This document shows positions 25,835 to 36,502 of a stretch of DNA of 64,000 bases, one piece after another. Location of the stretch: NCBI GenBank assembly GCA_965369865.1, contig CBDURU010000004.1:1-64000 (forward strand). Direction: 5' to 3'. Made by a program: the position numbers and the translations under genes. This stretch comes from an uncultured bacterium (GTDB lineage Bacteria; JAJVIF01; JAPKYR01). A model generated the notes under the pieces. The model searched no databases. It was not told the origin of the DNA and worked only from the letters and a program-made list of their open reading frames with translations. Within the stretch, counting starts at the first letter, position 1. Each line of letters begins with the position of its first letter.

Positions 25835-28171
25835 ATGGAACCGGAAACAATAGTAGAAATCACTGAAGTAGCGGCACATGGAGCCGATTTTGTCTCAGAA
25901 CCAATGAACTGGACCTACATGATCATTGTACTGGCCTGCTCTATTCTCGGTCTGGCAATCGCCTTGATGCTCAAGGGCTGGGTCATGAAACAGGACACGG
26001 GCGCCGAGAACATGCGCAAAATTTCTGATTACATTAGAGAGGGCGCGGAGGCGTTCCTGAAGAGGCAGAACACGACGATCATCTGGCTCGCCGTAGTGCT
26101 CACCGCGGTGCTGTTCGTGATGTACGCGTTCGTTCGATCGCCAAGGGAATTTGATCCGGTCCAGGACCCGATAGCGCTCGGACTCGCGATCGCCGGATCA
26201 TTCATTTTCGGCGCGTTATGCTCGGTTTTCGCGGGTTACATCGGCATGTATGTAAGTATCCGCGCGAATATCCGGGTGGCGACCGCCGTGCAAACGAGCC
26301 TTAACAAGGCGCTGCAGATCGCGCTTAGAGGCGGCGCGGTCTCGGGAATATTTGTCGTCGCCGTAAGCCTTCTCGGGGTTGGATTGCTTTTCTCCCTCAT
26401 CGAGCTGGCCGGCATATCCGATTCAGAACACATTCCCTTCCTGATAGTCGGCTATGGGTTCGGCGCGAGTTTCGTCGCGCTGTTCGCCCAGCTTGGCGGC
26501 GGTATCTACACTAAAGCCGCGGATGTCGGCGCGGACCTTGTCGGCAAGGTCGAGGCTGGAATCCCTGAGGACGATCCCAGGAACCCGGCTGTTATCGCCG
26601 ACCTCGTTGGCGACAATGTCGGTGACTGCGCGGGCCGCGGCGCCGACCTTTTCGAGTCGACAGCCGCCGAGAATATCGGCGCGATGATCCTCGGCGCGAC
26701 ACTCGCGATGAACGCAAGCCAGGCGGGATATCCCTTCGTTTATGGAACGATTGGAGTCATGATGTTCCCGTTGATCGCCCGCGCCTTCGGGATCATCGCG
26801 GCAATCGTGGGGATTATAAGTGTCAGCACGCCTGAGGATGGCGATCCGATGGTCGCCCTGAACAAAGGTTATGCATGGGCTGTCGTGCTCGCCATGATAG
26901 CGTTTGGCGGCACAACCTGGTGGCTTCTCAGTGTTGAGGGAGCACCAAATGCATGGTGGCATTTCTTCATATGCGGAATTATCGGCGTTCTGACAAGTGT
27001 GGCTTTCGTGGGGATCACCCAGTATTACACCGAGCATAAATACAGGCCGGTCAAGGAGATCGCGGAAGCATCCACAACCGGTCCGGCAACAAACATCATA
27101 TCCGGAGTCGCGGTCGGCTTCGAATGCACCGCCGTTCCAACAATCGTAATGGGAATCGCGATTCTCGCAAGCTATTACATCGGGCGATTCGCGTTTCCGG
27201 CTGAAGCGCTCGCAAATGGAGTTAACGGCGGACTGTTCGGAACCGGTGTCGCGACAATGGGTATGCTGGCTACAGCGGCCTACATTCTCGCGATGGACAC
27301 ATTCGGACCGATCGCGGACAATGCGGGCGGTATCGTCGAGATGAGCGGACAGCCGGAAGAGGTTCGCAAAAAAACCGACCGGCTCGATGCTGTCGGCAAC
27401 ACGACAAAAGCCCTTACAAAAGGATACGCGATCGGATCGGCCGCTCTCGCGGCGTTCCTCCTGTTCTCCGCTTTCATGGATGAGGTCGGGCTTTACGCAA
27501 AAGAGCAGATTATGCAGGATAACATACCATGGCCGGTCGTCGACCTGAGCAAGCCTGAGGTTTTTGTTGCCGCGCTTCTTGGAGCAATGCTTGTATTCCT
27601 GTTCTCCGCTCTTGCGATACGCGCGGTTGGAACAACAGCAAAGGCGGTCATCGAGGAAGTCCGACGCCAATTCAAAGACCTTCCCCGCGTCAATGACATC
27701 ATCCAGTTCACCAGCGATTTTAAACCTGACTACGGAACCTGCGTCGACCTCGTTACCAGGAATGCTCTCAAGGCAATGATCGCGCCGGGGCTTCTTGCCG
27801 TCTTAATGCCGGTCGCGGTCGGTGTCATCTTCAAAATTTTCATCGGATTGAGAAACGACCCACTTATCGCGGCGGAATCTGTCGCGGCAATGCTGATGGT
27901 CGGCACGATCACAGGAATTCTCATGGCAACCTTCCTCAACAACAGCGGCGGCGCATGGGATAATGCGAAGAAGTTCATCGAGGACGGCGCATTCGGCGGT
28001 AAATACATCAAGGACGCAGACGGCAACGATATCAAGAACCCGACCCATGGCGCGGCGGTTGTCGGCGATACTGTCGGAGACCCGTTCAAAGACACGGCGG
28101 GTCCGAGTATTCACGTTTTGATCAAGTTGCTGGCTACGGTGACGCTTGTACTGGCACCATTGTTTATTTGA
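25835..28171 (+). CDS. hppA: Membrane-bound H+-translocating pyrophosphatase, K+-independent type
   Basis: GGGIYTKAADVGADLVGKVE, EDDPRN, DNVGDC and GDTVGDPFKDT; GNTTKA carries the Lys of the K+-independent signature; SD GAGGAG. Confidence 0.95.
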   Translation: MEPETIVEITEVAAHGADFVSEPMNWTYMIIVLACSILGLAIALMLKGWVMKQDTGAENMRKISDYIREGAEAFLKRQNTTIIWLAVVLTAVLFVMYAFVRSPREFDPVQDPIALGLAIAGSFIFGALCSVFAGYIGMYVSIRANIRVATAVQTSLNKALQIALRGGAVSGIFVVAVSLLGVGLLFSLIELAGISDSEHIPFLIVGYGFGASFVALFAQLGGGIYTKAADVGADLVGKVEAGIPEDDPRNPAVIADLVGDNVGDCAGRGADLFESTAAENIGAMILGATLAMNASQAGYPFVYGTIGVMMFPLIARAFGIIAAIVGIISVSTPEDGDPMVALNKGYAWAVVLAMIAFGGTTWWLLSVEGAPNAWWHFFICGIIGVLTSVAFVGITQYYTEHKYRPVKEIAEASTTGPATNIISGVAVGFECTAVPTIVMGIAILASYYIGRFAFPAEALANGVNGGLFGTGVATMGMLATAAYILAMDTFGPIADNAGGIVEMSGQPEEVRKKTDRLDAVGNTTKALTKGYAIGSAALAAFLLFSAFMDEVGLYAKEQIMQDNIPWPVVDLSKPEVFVAALLGAMLVFLFSALAIRAVGTTAKAVIEEVRRQFKDLPRVNDIIQFTSDFKPDYGTCVDLVTRNALKAMIAPGLLAVLMPVAVGVIFKIFIGLRNDPLIAAESVAAMLMVGTITGILMATFLNNSGGAWDNAKKFIEDGAFGGKYIKDADGNDIKNPTHGAAVVGDTVGDPFKDTAGPSIHVLIKLLATVTLVLAPLFI

Positions 28172-28191
28172 TTGTTGAAATTTATTATTGG

Positions 28192-28353
28192 ATGCAGGCA
28201 AGTTGTCTGCGTGACGAGAGAATTAGTACGTCAGGATTTTTAAAGCCGATATATTGTCGGCTTTTTTGTGTCTGCAATTTTAACTGGAGGAAAAAATAGA
28301 GAGCCGACATCCTGTCGGCTTGAATAAACACGTAGCGCATGCGTCCCGCCTGC
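28192..28353. repeat. Cluster of REP-like palindromes
   Basis: GCAGGCA-agt-TGTCTGC-gtgac (28194-28215), AGCCGACA-tcc-TGTCGGCT (28302-28320) and GTAGC-GCATGCG-tcc-CGCCTGC (28332-28353). Confidence 0.7.
28242..28267 (+). terminator. Intrinsic terminator downstream of hppA
   Basis: AAAGCCGATA-tat-TGTCGGCTTT stem followed by a T run. Confidence 0.7.
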
Positions 28354-28474
28354 CTCCATTAATCAAATAATTTTCCGGTGCACGTTCACCAGGCCACTTG
28401 ATTATAAAACAATCCTGTAGCTTGACATAATTTCATTTCCATCTCTCACCCTACTCATTTATAATGCCAGGGCG

Positions 28475-31400
28475 ATGTCATTAGCTTTTCAGAAGAAAGG
28501 ACTCAAGATCATATTCTCGGGACCGCCCGGTTCCGGGAAGACACGCAAACTAATCGAAATTTTCAATGATGCCCGAATGGAAGGGCGGGAAGATAAGGTC
28601 CTGTTCCTCGTTCCCGATTCCGGCGCGAAAGAACACATCCGCGACATTATCGCCCGTCACAGCCCTACCGATGTTCCCCGGGCATTTTCGGATCGTGGAA
28701 TTCATTCGCTCTATTCCTACACAAGAAGAATTGGCGGCGACACGACGGCAGGGAAAATCCACCTGCACGCCTTGGTCAATAAATGGGTGAATGAAAATAA
28801 AATCAATTCAGTTAAGAATCCTGTATTGAAAACCTCCGGCGGGAGGATAGCTCTTAGAGGCGCGATTTCAACGCTCAGGTCGAACGGATATAATTCGGGG
28901 TCTCTTACCAAACTTCCCAAATCATCTATCGGACAAAATTCAGTGCTTCTTACGGGTCTGAAACTCTGGGAAGAATGGCTTTCGGAAACCGGGAAGTTAG
29001 ATGAGCTGGATATACTTGAAAAGGCGGTTAGGAAAGCGGGTGCAGAGAAGTGGGAAACAGTCCTGATAGATGGATTCACTGAAATCAATCCTCTTCAGTG
29101 GAAGGTGATAGAAAGGCTCATTGAGACAGTTGAAAATGTCGCGGTAGCACTCGATCCGAAACAGATTCCATCGGACAGGCTATTTCAAAATTTTACCCGG
29201 CTTGGATTTGAGGAAGTTAAACTCGATGCCGGTTTACGGTGGAAGAAAAACGATGACCTTCGATGGCTTGCGGATGTCGAATCCTGGGATATTCATTCAA
29301 GTAAACCCGATTCCTGCCCTGAAAATCCCGATAATAACCGGATCAAAATAATCAAGGCGGGGAATCCCAGGATTGAAGCGTCGCAGCTTGCGCGTGAAGT
29401 GACACGGTGTATTGCGGACGGTTATGAATACAGGGATATCGCGATCCTCACACCGTCGCTCGGGACAATCCACCGGGTTCTCAAATCGGAATTTTCACGC
29501 GCCGGGATTCCGATAAGGTTTTACCTGCCGATTCCCCTTACTGAAACAGGCCCGGGGAATTTTGTCGGGCAATTGCTCGAAATAGTTGGTGGAAACTGGG
29601 ATGACAGGGCTGTTTGTTCATTACTGTCGAATCCTGTTTCCGGGATTCCGCATGAAGATTCATCGAGAGCAAATTATGTAACCGGCACGAAAAGGCGTCT
29701 GGGAAGCATGGACGCCTGGCTTGCATGGGCGGATAATAATACTGGGGAATCCACAAGAGAGTTCCTTCATAAACTGGTTGAACTTAGTAACAAAGTGGAA
29801 ATCGATCCAGTTAAATTTACAGGGGAAATAATTCAGGTCGCGGAAGATAAAATCCGCGCAAGCTGGAAAGAATTTCCTGACGATTTGATAAAAGATGAAG
29901 GATGGGCATGGCGTGCGGTTGAATCATGTCTCACGGGATCATCGAGCATGTACCGGGATATTCATCCAGTTTCCTCAAAAGATAAATTATTAGATTTTTT
30001 AAAATCGGAACTCAGACTTGAGAAAGGTAAACCCCTCGATCGAAGAAGCGAGTGTGTTAATGCTGTAACGCTGCTCGGATCCCGAACATGGGGGATTAAG
30101 GTGGCCATGGTGTGCGGTCTTTCGCGAGATAATTTCCCTAAAAAGCCGGTTAAAAACCCATTCCTTCCCGATGAGCTTCGCGAGAATCTTACTCCCCAGC
30201 TTCCATCGTACGATGATTTAAAGAATCGCGAGGAAGCGCTTTTCAGAATCGCGGTGACACGCGCGAGCGATCGGATAGTGCTCTCATGGCCATCGACCGA
30301 TTCATCCGGGTCGCCCAACCTGCCTTCAGGACCCATAGAGAAACTGGTTGAATGGATTCTTAACGGTGAGGAACCCAAGACGATCGAACACGATCCGCCG
30401 GGGGATGTTGATAAATCTGTTTTCGCAAGAGATCTGGCATCGCTCGCACTCGAAAATAAAATCGATGACCCGGAGCTGATTGAATCGGTATCGGCCGATT
30501 TGGGAATTCCGCTTGCTGAAGCGGTTAATTCAGAAAAATATGAATCAGTGACAATAGAAGACAGAGAATTTCTTTCCAACAGCGCAATCGGATCGAAGGG
30601 TAAGCCGGTCTCGCCGACCGATCTGAACCATTTAAGCCAGTGTCCCTACAGGTTTTTTGCAAAACGTGTGCTCAAACTTTCGGATCCGAACCGCGATCGT
30701 GTGCGAAAAGGGTTTGATTTCATGCACTGGGGGAATATCGCGCACGACGCGTTGTCCGAGTGGTTCCGTGGTGGAAAAAAAGATGAGTTCGAACCCTTAG
30801 TAAGGAAGGCATTAAATAAACAGAGGGAACTTACAGGAAACTCGGTGACCGAAGCGCGAATCGGTCAAATTGTCGATGCGCTTAACCGTTTCGCTGAGTT
30901 CGAGAGGGATCACTGGCCGGATGGATTTACGCAAATTGAATCCGAGCTTGTTTTCGATACCCCTGAAAAAAGGGACAGGATACATAAAGGAAAGGGATAT
31001 GATCCGGTCGAATTTGAGATAGATAAGGACGTAACAATTTTCCTGAGTGGACGGGTCGACCGGGTTGATGCCGGTGAGGGAAATATCGCGATTGTTTCCG
31101 ATTACAAGAGATCGGAAAAGAATGACAAGTTTCTCAAGAAGGGTCTGGACTTTCAGCTCGCTTGTTATATCGAATTAGTGAAGGCAGGCCTTGGGGTCGA
31201 TGTCGCTATGGCATGTTACCTCCCCATAAAAAACATTACCGCCAAGGGTGCAGGATCGGTGATTTTCGATCCGGAAACCGATCTCAAGCCGGATGATTCA
31301 ATTTTCAAAACGCGCGATGAACTTTTTTTGGACACACACCTTGGATTAGTAAGGGAGAATATCGCCAATTTAGTCGGGAAACTTGCCGGTGGGAAAATCG

Positions 31401-31501
31401 ATCCGATCCCGACGGACCATAATAAATGCGGGCGAAAATGCGATTATCACGACCTGTGTCGATTCAAATTCTCCGGGGACGAGGGGGATAGCGATGGCTG
31501 A
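28475..31501 (+). CDS. addB: AddB-like subunit of a helicase-nuclease DNA repair complex
   Basis: GPPGSGKT Walker A; degenerate Walker B IDGF; C-terminal nuclease GRVDRVD...DYK...QL..Y; Cys pattern CPY...CGRKCDYHDLC. Confidence 0.8.
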   Translation: MSLAFQKKGLKIIFSGPPGSGKTRKLIEIFNDARMEGREDKVLFLVPDSGAKEHIRDIIARHSPTDVPRAFSDRGIHSLYSYTRRIGGDTTAGKIHLHALVNKWVNENKINSVKNPVLKTSGGRIALRGAISTLRSNGYNSGSLTKLPKSSIGQNSVLLTGLKLWEEWLSETGKLDELDILEKAVRKAGAEKWETVLIDGFTEINPLQWKVIERLIETVENVAVALDPKQIPSDRLFQNFTRLGFEEVKLDAGLRWKKNDDLRWLADVESWDIHSSKPDSCPENPDNNRIKIIKAGNPRIEASQLAREVTRCIADGYEYRDIAILTPSLGTIHRVLKSEFSRAGIPIRFYLPIPLTETGPGNFVGQLLEIVGGNWDDRAVCSLLSNPVSGIPHEDSSRANYVTGTKRRLGSMDAWLAWADNNTGESTREFLHKLVELSNKVEIDPVKFTGEIIQVAEDKIRASWKEFPDDLIKDEGWAWRAVESCLTGSSSMYRDIHPVSSKDKLLDFLKSELRLEKGKPLDRRSECVNAVTLLGSRTWGIKVAMVCGLSRDNFPKKPVKNPFLPDELRENLTPQLPSYDDLKNREEALFRIAVTRASDRIVLSWPSTDSSGSPNLPSGPIEKLVEWILNGEEPKTIEHDPPGDVDKSVFARDLASLALENKIDDPELIESVSADLGIPLAEAVNSEKYESVTIEDREFLSNSAIGSKGKPVSPTDLNHLSQCPYRFFAKRVLKLSDPNRDRVRKGFDFMHWGNIAHDALSEWFRGGKKDEFEPLVRKALNKQRELTGNSVTEARIGQIVDALNRFAEFERDHWPDGFTQIESELVFDTPEKRDRIHKGKGYDPVEFEIDKDVTIFLSGRVDRVDAGEGNIAIVSDYKRSEKNDKFLKKGLDFQLACYIELVKAGLGVDVAMACYLPIKNITAKGAGSVIFDPETDLKPDDSIFKTRDELFLDTHLGLVRENIANLVGKLAGGKIDPIPTDHNKCGRKCDYHDLCRFKFSGDEGDSDG

Positions 31502-34500
31502 AAACCTCACCAGAAGCCAGATCGCCGCGACCACTATCCCTGTCGGAATTCTGATTGTCTCAGCCGGAGCGGGGACCGGCAAAACCACGGTTCTCAGCCA
31601 TACAGTTACCGGTAAAATGGTCGCGGCTGATAATGCGAAAATCGATGAACTCCTTGTTTTGACATTCACAAGAAAAGCCGCGGTCGAGATGGCTGAACGT
31701 ATCGCGGAACGGTTGAAGGAAATGGCGGGGGAATCGGAGGATCGAGAGGAAAAGAAGCGGCTCCTTGACGCGGCAAGCCAGGTTCCCGATGCGGCAATCG
31801 AAACACTCGACGCGTTCGCGGTAAAAATGCTTCGTGATAACCCATCCGAAACAGGACTCGATCCGGATTTCGAGGTACTGAGTGAGGAGAGGAATCTCGA
31901 AATCGGGCATGAAGCAGGGCGAAAGCTTCTCGAAGACTGGCTGGCACATCCTCCCCATGAATTGTGGCCGGAGGTTGTGAAGGGGATCGAGCTTGAAAAC
32001 TGGCCGTGGATTTTTCACAGGCTGGACCAGCACCTGATGACCCGTCGGGCGATGAATTTGCCCGCACTGTTAATGGGTCGGGATGCTGGGACAGATGAAG
32101 ATATCGATAAAATTATCCGGGAACTCAAAGAGGAACGAGATCGCAGGTTCCGGGAGTGCCTGAATGAGATTCTTGGAGAAATTGAGCCAATAGATGAATT
32201 AATTGAAGAAACAATCAGGATTGGAGAGGAGGGTGGACAAAAATTTACCGAGAAAGCGAAACAAGTCCAAGAGGTTCTTCCCGAACTCCTGGCATGGTTG
32301 AAGGCTAAAAACCTTGACTGGAATGCGTCGATCATTCAGAAAGTCAGTAAATGGCAGCTTTTTAGGACTTCCAAAGATGAGCCGGGTGAAGCTAACAGAC
32401 TGGTGAAATTACTGAGAAACCACCTGACTTCCGATACGAAATCGGTTAAGGATATCGAGAAAAGTGAGAGATTACGCGCACTGAGCCTTGAAACCGAGAT
32501 GTTTAAATATCGCCTGCCGCTCGCTTCGGCACTAATGGAATTCCACAATGCGGCTCTTCTGGCAAGGCGAAGCCATAATGCCCTTTCATTCGCCGACTGC
32601 GAAATTGAGGCTCTCGATCTCCTTGAGAATTTCCCGGCTATCCGTAATAAATACAACAAACAGTACCGGTACGTAATTGTCGATGAATACCAGGACATAA
32701 ATCCCTTACAGCAGGAACTTATTTTCAAACTCGCGAGGCAATCGAAAGAAAAAACTGAATTACCATCGAACCTTTATGTGGTCGGGGATGAAAGGCAGAG
32801 CATTTATGGTTTCCGCGACGCTGATTTCCGATTACTGAGGAACCTCCGGGTAAATATGCAAGGCGTCAGGGATAAAAACGCCGGGGACAGGATTCTCAAT
32901 GAGAATTTCCGATCCCGTCCCCAGATTCTCAATTTCACGAACCATTTATTCCGTACGATCTGGGGATCGCGGTCCGATACGAATGAAATTGAACATACCG
33001 ACCTGAAACCGTCATTTGAATATTATTTCCGGGATGGAGAATCGGAAAGGCCACGGATCGAATTGCATGTAATCAAGGCGGGAGATTCAATTACGGGGAA
33101 ACTTCGCGAGGCTGCTGTAGTGGCTAAACGAATCTATGAAATAGTAAATAATAAAGAAATTCAAATCACCGAGAAAACCGGATCGGTAAGAAAAATTGAA
33201 TGGGGCGACTGCGCAGTCCTGATGAGTAAACGTGCCGGATTATCGTTGATGGAGCACGCGTTATCATCGCTTGGCGTACCGTTTGTAACCGAGTCCGGAG
33301 GCGGGTTCTGGGACACATCGGAAGCGTCGGACCTCATCTCGCTACTGTACTGCTTCTCAAAAAGTGTCGATAATCTCGACTGGGCAGTTCTTCTAAGGAG
33401 CCCGATAATCGGGATCTCGGATGACGGCCTTATGGAAATATCACTAGTGTCCGACCGTGGAAACTGGCGCGATGTATTCAAAACGGTTTCCCTCGGGGAT
33501 GATTCAAATCGGCGAAAACTTGCTACATTTATTGACTGGTTCGAGTCGGTTGAAAAATCAGCGGGACGAGTTCCTGTTACCGAGCTGGTCGATAAAGCGA
33601 TGCAAAGCTCAGGTTATCTTGAGAAAGCATTCGCGCAGGACCGTGGACGGGTGATCCGCGCAAACATCGAGAAATTTATATCGTTCCTGATGGCGGAACC
33701 GGATTTATTCGATCCAGGAGTCGCGGCGAATTATCTGACATGGCTGCGGGATGAAAATGTCCAGGCCGCGCAGGCAGGCGTGGCGCCGGCCGACAACAAA
33801 GGCGCGGTGGTACTCGCGACAGTACACGCGTCGAAAGGCCGTGAATGGCCGCTGGTTGTTCTAGCGGATTTGAATTCGGGCGGACGCTCCAACAGACCGG
33901 AGAATCTAACATGGGATGAGAATTCCGGCCTGGGATTCAAATGGCTGAATCCCGCGACAGGTGAATCGGAAAGTTCATCGAGTCACCATGCGGCTTCCGA
34001 GGTCGCTAACGAACGGGATAATTCAGAGAGTAAGCGGGTTATGTATGTCGCGTTGACCCGTGCGAGGGAATATTTAATCCTGTCGGGTTACTTACAATTA
34101 AACAAGAAAAAAGATGGGTGGATAGGTTTCAAGGAAAATGATTTTAAGAAGCGAACTAATTCGAGCTGGCTTTCAGCAATAGATTATGTTTTCACTCAAA
34201 CGGAAGAATCGTTTGTTGGAAAACCCGATGACGATCCTGCGACTGAATTAACCCTGATGGTCGCCGAGCCTCAGGATCCGGAATCGGATAAAGGTCCGAT
34301 GCCTCTAGAGAAACGAAATGTGGAACTGAAAGTCAAACGTGTAATTCATGATAAAACACCAGACCTGAAACCGGCTGCAGGGCAAAAAACTGAACTGGGA
34401 GACCGGTACCGAGCGAAGTTAAAATCGATCACAAGGCTTCCGGAACCTGTTACAAATCGTTATCTCATTACCGCGACCGAGATCGCGAATTTCGAAAAAT

Positions 34501-35279
34501 GTCCAAGGATGTACGCGTACAGGTCGGTATGGAATGTCCCGCAAATAAAGCATGATGGATGGATTCCAGCTACCGATGAAGATTTCATTGATGATCCGGG
34601 TGATGAAAATTTCCTGGCAGAAGAAAATGAAACATCCGAAAATTTCGAGCTGCCGTCAAGTGAATGGGGAAATCTAGCGCATAAGCTTATGGAGAAAGTC
34701 GATTTCGATGCTACTGAGGACCGGATCCGGACAACTGTGGAAGGACTTGTTGATGAAAATAACCGCGATCGAGTGAACATATCGCGGTTGGCTGAAATGG
34801 CCGTAAAAACTCTCAAGCTGCCGATTTTTCAATCGTTTGAGTCATTTAAAAAGGAGTATCGTCTGATCGGGAAGATTGGCGATTCAAAAGAAACCGTGCT
34901 GGGGACCCTGGATTTACTTCTGGAGAAAGATGGAAAGCTATTAGTTATCGATTACAAGTCAGGAAAGGTCAAAGAGGATGAAACTCCAGAGAAAGCCCGG
35001 TCATATTCAGCGCAGCTTTCGGTCTACGCTCATCTTGTGTCGGCTTATAAAAACATCCCGCTTGATAAAATCGAAACATGGATAATTTTTCTCCACCTGG
35101 CGAAACCTGAAAAGGTCGATTTATCGGAGGAAGATTATGAGGGGACATTGGAAGTGTTGAAAGATTTAACCGAATCGTCGAGGAAGAATGTATTCAAGGA
35201 AGATCCCAATGAGAGTAATTGCAGATGGTGTGATTACAGGGATATTTGCGGGTCTGCATGGTCGGCATCAAAACAATGA
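31494..35279 (+). CDS. addA: AddA-like UvrD-family helicase with a C-terminal PD-(D/E)xK nuclease
   Basis: AGAGTGKT, TFTRKAA, VDEYQD, VGDERQSIYGFR, ENFRS, TVHASKGREW, YVALTRA and GTLDL...IDYKSG; start at the ATG at 31494 overlapping the addB stop. Confidence 0.88.
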   Translation: MAENLTRSQIAATTIPVGILIVSAGAGTGKTTVLSHTVTGKMVAADNAKIDELLVLTFTRKAAVEMAERIAERLKEMAGESEDREEKKRLLDAASQVPDAAIETLDAFAVKMLRDNPSETGLDPDFEVLSEERNLEIGHEAGRKLLEDWLAHPPHELWPEVVKGIELENWPWIFHRLDQHLMTRRAMNLPALLMGRDAGTDEDIDKIIRELKEERDRRFRECLNEILGEIEPIDELIEETIRIGEEGGQKFTEKAKQVQEVLPELLAWLKAKNLDWNASIIQKVSKWQLFRTSKDEPGEANRLVKLLRNHLTSDTKSVKDIEKSERLRALSLETEMFKYRLPLASALMEFHNAALLARRSHNALSFADCEIEALDLLENFPAIRNKYNKQYRYVIVDEYQDINPLQQELIFKLARQSKEKTELPSNLYVVGDERQSIYGFRDADFRLLRNLRVNMQGVRDKNAGDRILNENFRSRPQILNFTNHLFRTIWGSRSDTNEIEHTDLKPSFEYYFRDGESERPRIELHVIKAGDSITGKLREAAVVAKRIYEIVNNKEIQITEKTGSVRKIEWGDCAVLMSKRAGLSLMEHALSSLGVPFVTESGGGFWDTSEASDLISLLYCFSKSVDNLDWAVLLRSPIIGISDDGLMEISLVSDRGNWRDVFKTVSLGDDSNRRKLATFIDWFESVEKSAGRVPVTELVDKAMQSSGYLEKAFAQDRGRVIRANIEKFISFLMAEPDLFDPGVAANYLTWLRDENVQAAQAGVAPADNKGAVVLATVHASKGREWPLVVLADLNSGGRSNRPENLTWDENSGLGFKWLNPATGESESSSSHHAASEVANERDNSESKRVMYVALTRAREYLILSGYLQLNKKKDGWIGFKENDFKKRTNSSWLSAIDYVFTQTEESFVGKPDDDPATELTLMVAEPQDPESDKGPMPLEKRNVELKVKRVIHDKTPDLKPAAGQKTELGDRYRAKLKSITRLPEPVTNRYLITATEIANFEKCPRMYAYRSVWNVPQIKHDGWIPATDEDFIDDPGDENFLAEENETSENFELPSSEWGNLAHKLMEKVDFDATEDRIRTTVEGLVDENNRDRVNISRLAEMAVKTLKLPIFQSFESFKKEYRLIGKIGDSKETVLGTLDLLLEKDGKLLVIDYKSGKVKEDETPEKARSYSAQLSVYAHLVSAYKNIPLDKIETWIIFLHLAKPEKVDLSEEDYEGTLEVLKDLTESSRKNVFKEDPNESNCRWCDYRDICGSAWSASKQ

Positions 35280-35282
35280 ACG

Positions 35283-36452
35283 TCAGTGATGTTTTAATGC
35301 TGATAACCGATCCCCTACCTCCTCCCAGAATTCATCTATCCCCTCGCCTGTGATCCCCGACACCCTCAGGCCATTCGTTACGGTTCGAATATCAATCGTG
35401 ATCTCCTCGGGGTTCTCGGATGTGCCATCACCAGGCGACTCCTTTTCCGGTGAATAAAGATCACACTTGGAAAATACAAGGATCCTCGGGATTTTTCCAG
35501 CCCCGATTTCTAAGAGCGTCTTTTCCACAACATCGAGTTTCTGTTCCCAGTCAGCTTCGGTGCCGTCAATAACAATCACAAGGAGGTTTGAAAAAACCGC
35601 TTCCTCCAGGGTCGCGCGGAAAGCCGCCACCAATGCTGTCGGCAGACGATCGATAAACCCGACCGTATCGGTCACCAGCAACTCCCTTCCAAGAGCCTGC
35701 GAATATGTTTTTCTTGTCAGGGGATCGAGGGTCGCGAACAGGCGGTTATCGGTATAGGCCTGGGGTTTCCCCGGTCCGGTAAGTTTATTCAGAAGAGTGC
35801 TTTTCCCTGCATTCGTGTAACCGACAAGAGCGATCATCGGAATCCCGGAAGCCTTCCTCCGCTTACGCTGGATCTCCCGGCGGCTGCCGATCCGGTCGAT
35901 CTTTACCCTGAGATTTGAAAGGCGTTTTCTAATCACGCGCCTGTCGGTCTCAAGTTTCGTTTCACCAGGACCCCTCGTACCGATCCCACCGCCAAGCGCC
36001 GAAAGTTCCTGGCCTCCCCTTCCCTTGAGCCTTGGAAGGAGGTAAGTAAGTTGAGCGTGCTCGACCTGTAATTTCCCCTCGCTTGTCTGGGCACGCATGG
36101 CGAAAATCTGGAGGATGACTTCCGTGCGATCGAGAACTTCGCATCCAATCTCGTCCTCAATACTCGCCCGTTGCGATCCGGAAAGGTCCTCATCGACACA
36201 CAAAAGCGTGGCGTTCATACGCCGGATTTCGTTACCCGCGAGACCGAGCAGGTGCGACGAGATCAGCGTACGGCTTTCCGGCTTCATGTTGCTCTGGAAA
36301 ACCTCACCTGTAATTTCCGCACCCATGCTCTCGACCAGTTGGCGCAGCTCATCGAGGGGATCATCGAGTTTCGAAACAGCGTCACGCTTATTTTTTAATG
36401 TAAAACCGACCAGCACCGCTGTCGGGACAAGTTTTTCAGTTTCATGCAGCAT
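35283..36452 (-). CDS. hflX: Ribosome-associated GTPase HflX
   Basis: GIGTRGPGETKLETDRR, GYTNAGKS, LFATLD and DTVGFI. Confidence 0.95.
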   Translation of the reverse strand: MLHETEKLVPTAVLVGFTLKNKRDAVSKLDDPLDELRQLVESMGAEITGEVFQSNMKPESRTLISSHLLGLAGNEIRRMNATLLCVDEDLSGSQRASIEDEIGCEVLDRTEVILQIFAMRAQTSEGKLQVEHAQLTYLLPRLKGRGGQELSALGGGIGTRGPGETKLETDRRVIRKRLSNLRVKIDRIGSRREIQRKRRKASGIPMIALVGYTNAGKSTLLNKLTGPGKPQAYTDNRLFATLDPLTRKTYSQALGRELLVTDTVGFIDRLPTALVAAFRATLEEAVFSNLLVIVIDGTEADWEQKLDVVEKTLLEIGAGKIPRILVFSKCDLYSPEKESPGDGTSENPEEITIDIRTVTNGLRVSGITGEGIDEFWEEVGDRLSALKHH

Positions 36453-36502
36453 TTAGTTTTATTATTGAGTAATGAAACCCGGGTCATACAAAATCCCAGG
36501 TT

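Noticed and set aside
26423..27670. 415-aa minus-strand ORF and other long antisense ORFs (for example 3827-4429, 13399-14022, 57221-57892)
   Set aside because: Antisense shadows of well-supported genes, with no recognisable motifs
28422..28465. TTGACA and TATAAT as one consensus promoter
   Set aside because: They are 32 nt apart, far from the 16-18 nt spacing; only the -10 box was used
31383..31493. N-terminal extension of addA in the ORF track
   Set aside because: It overlaps the conserved Cys-rich end of addB; the ATG at 31494 gives a normal UvrD N-terminus and translational coupling
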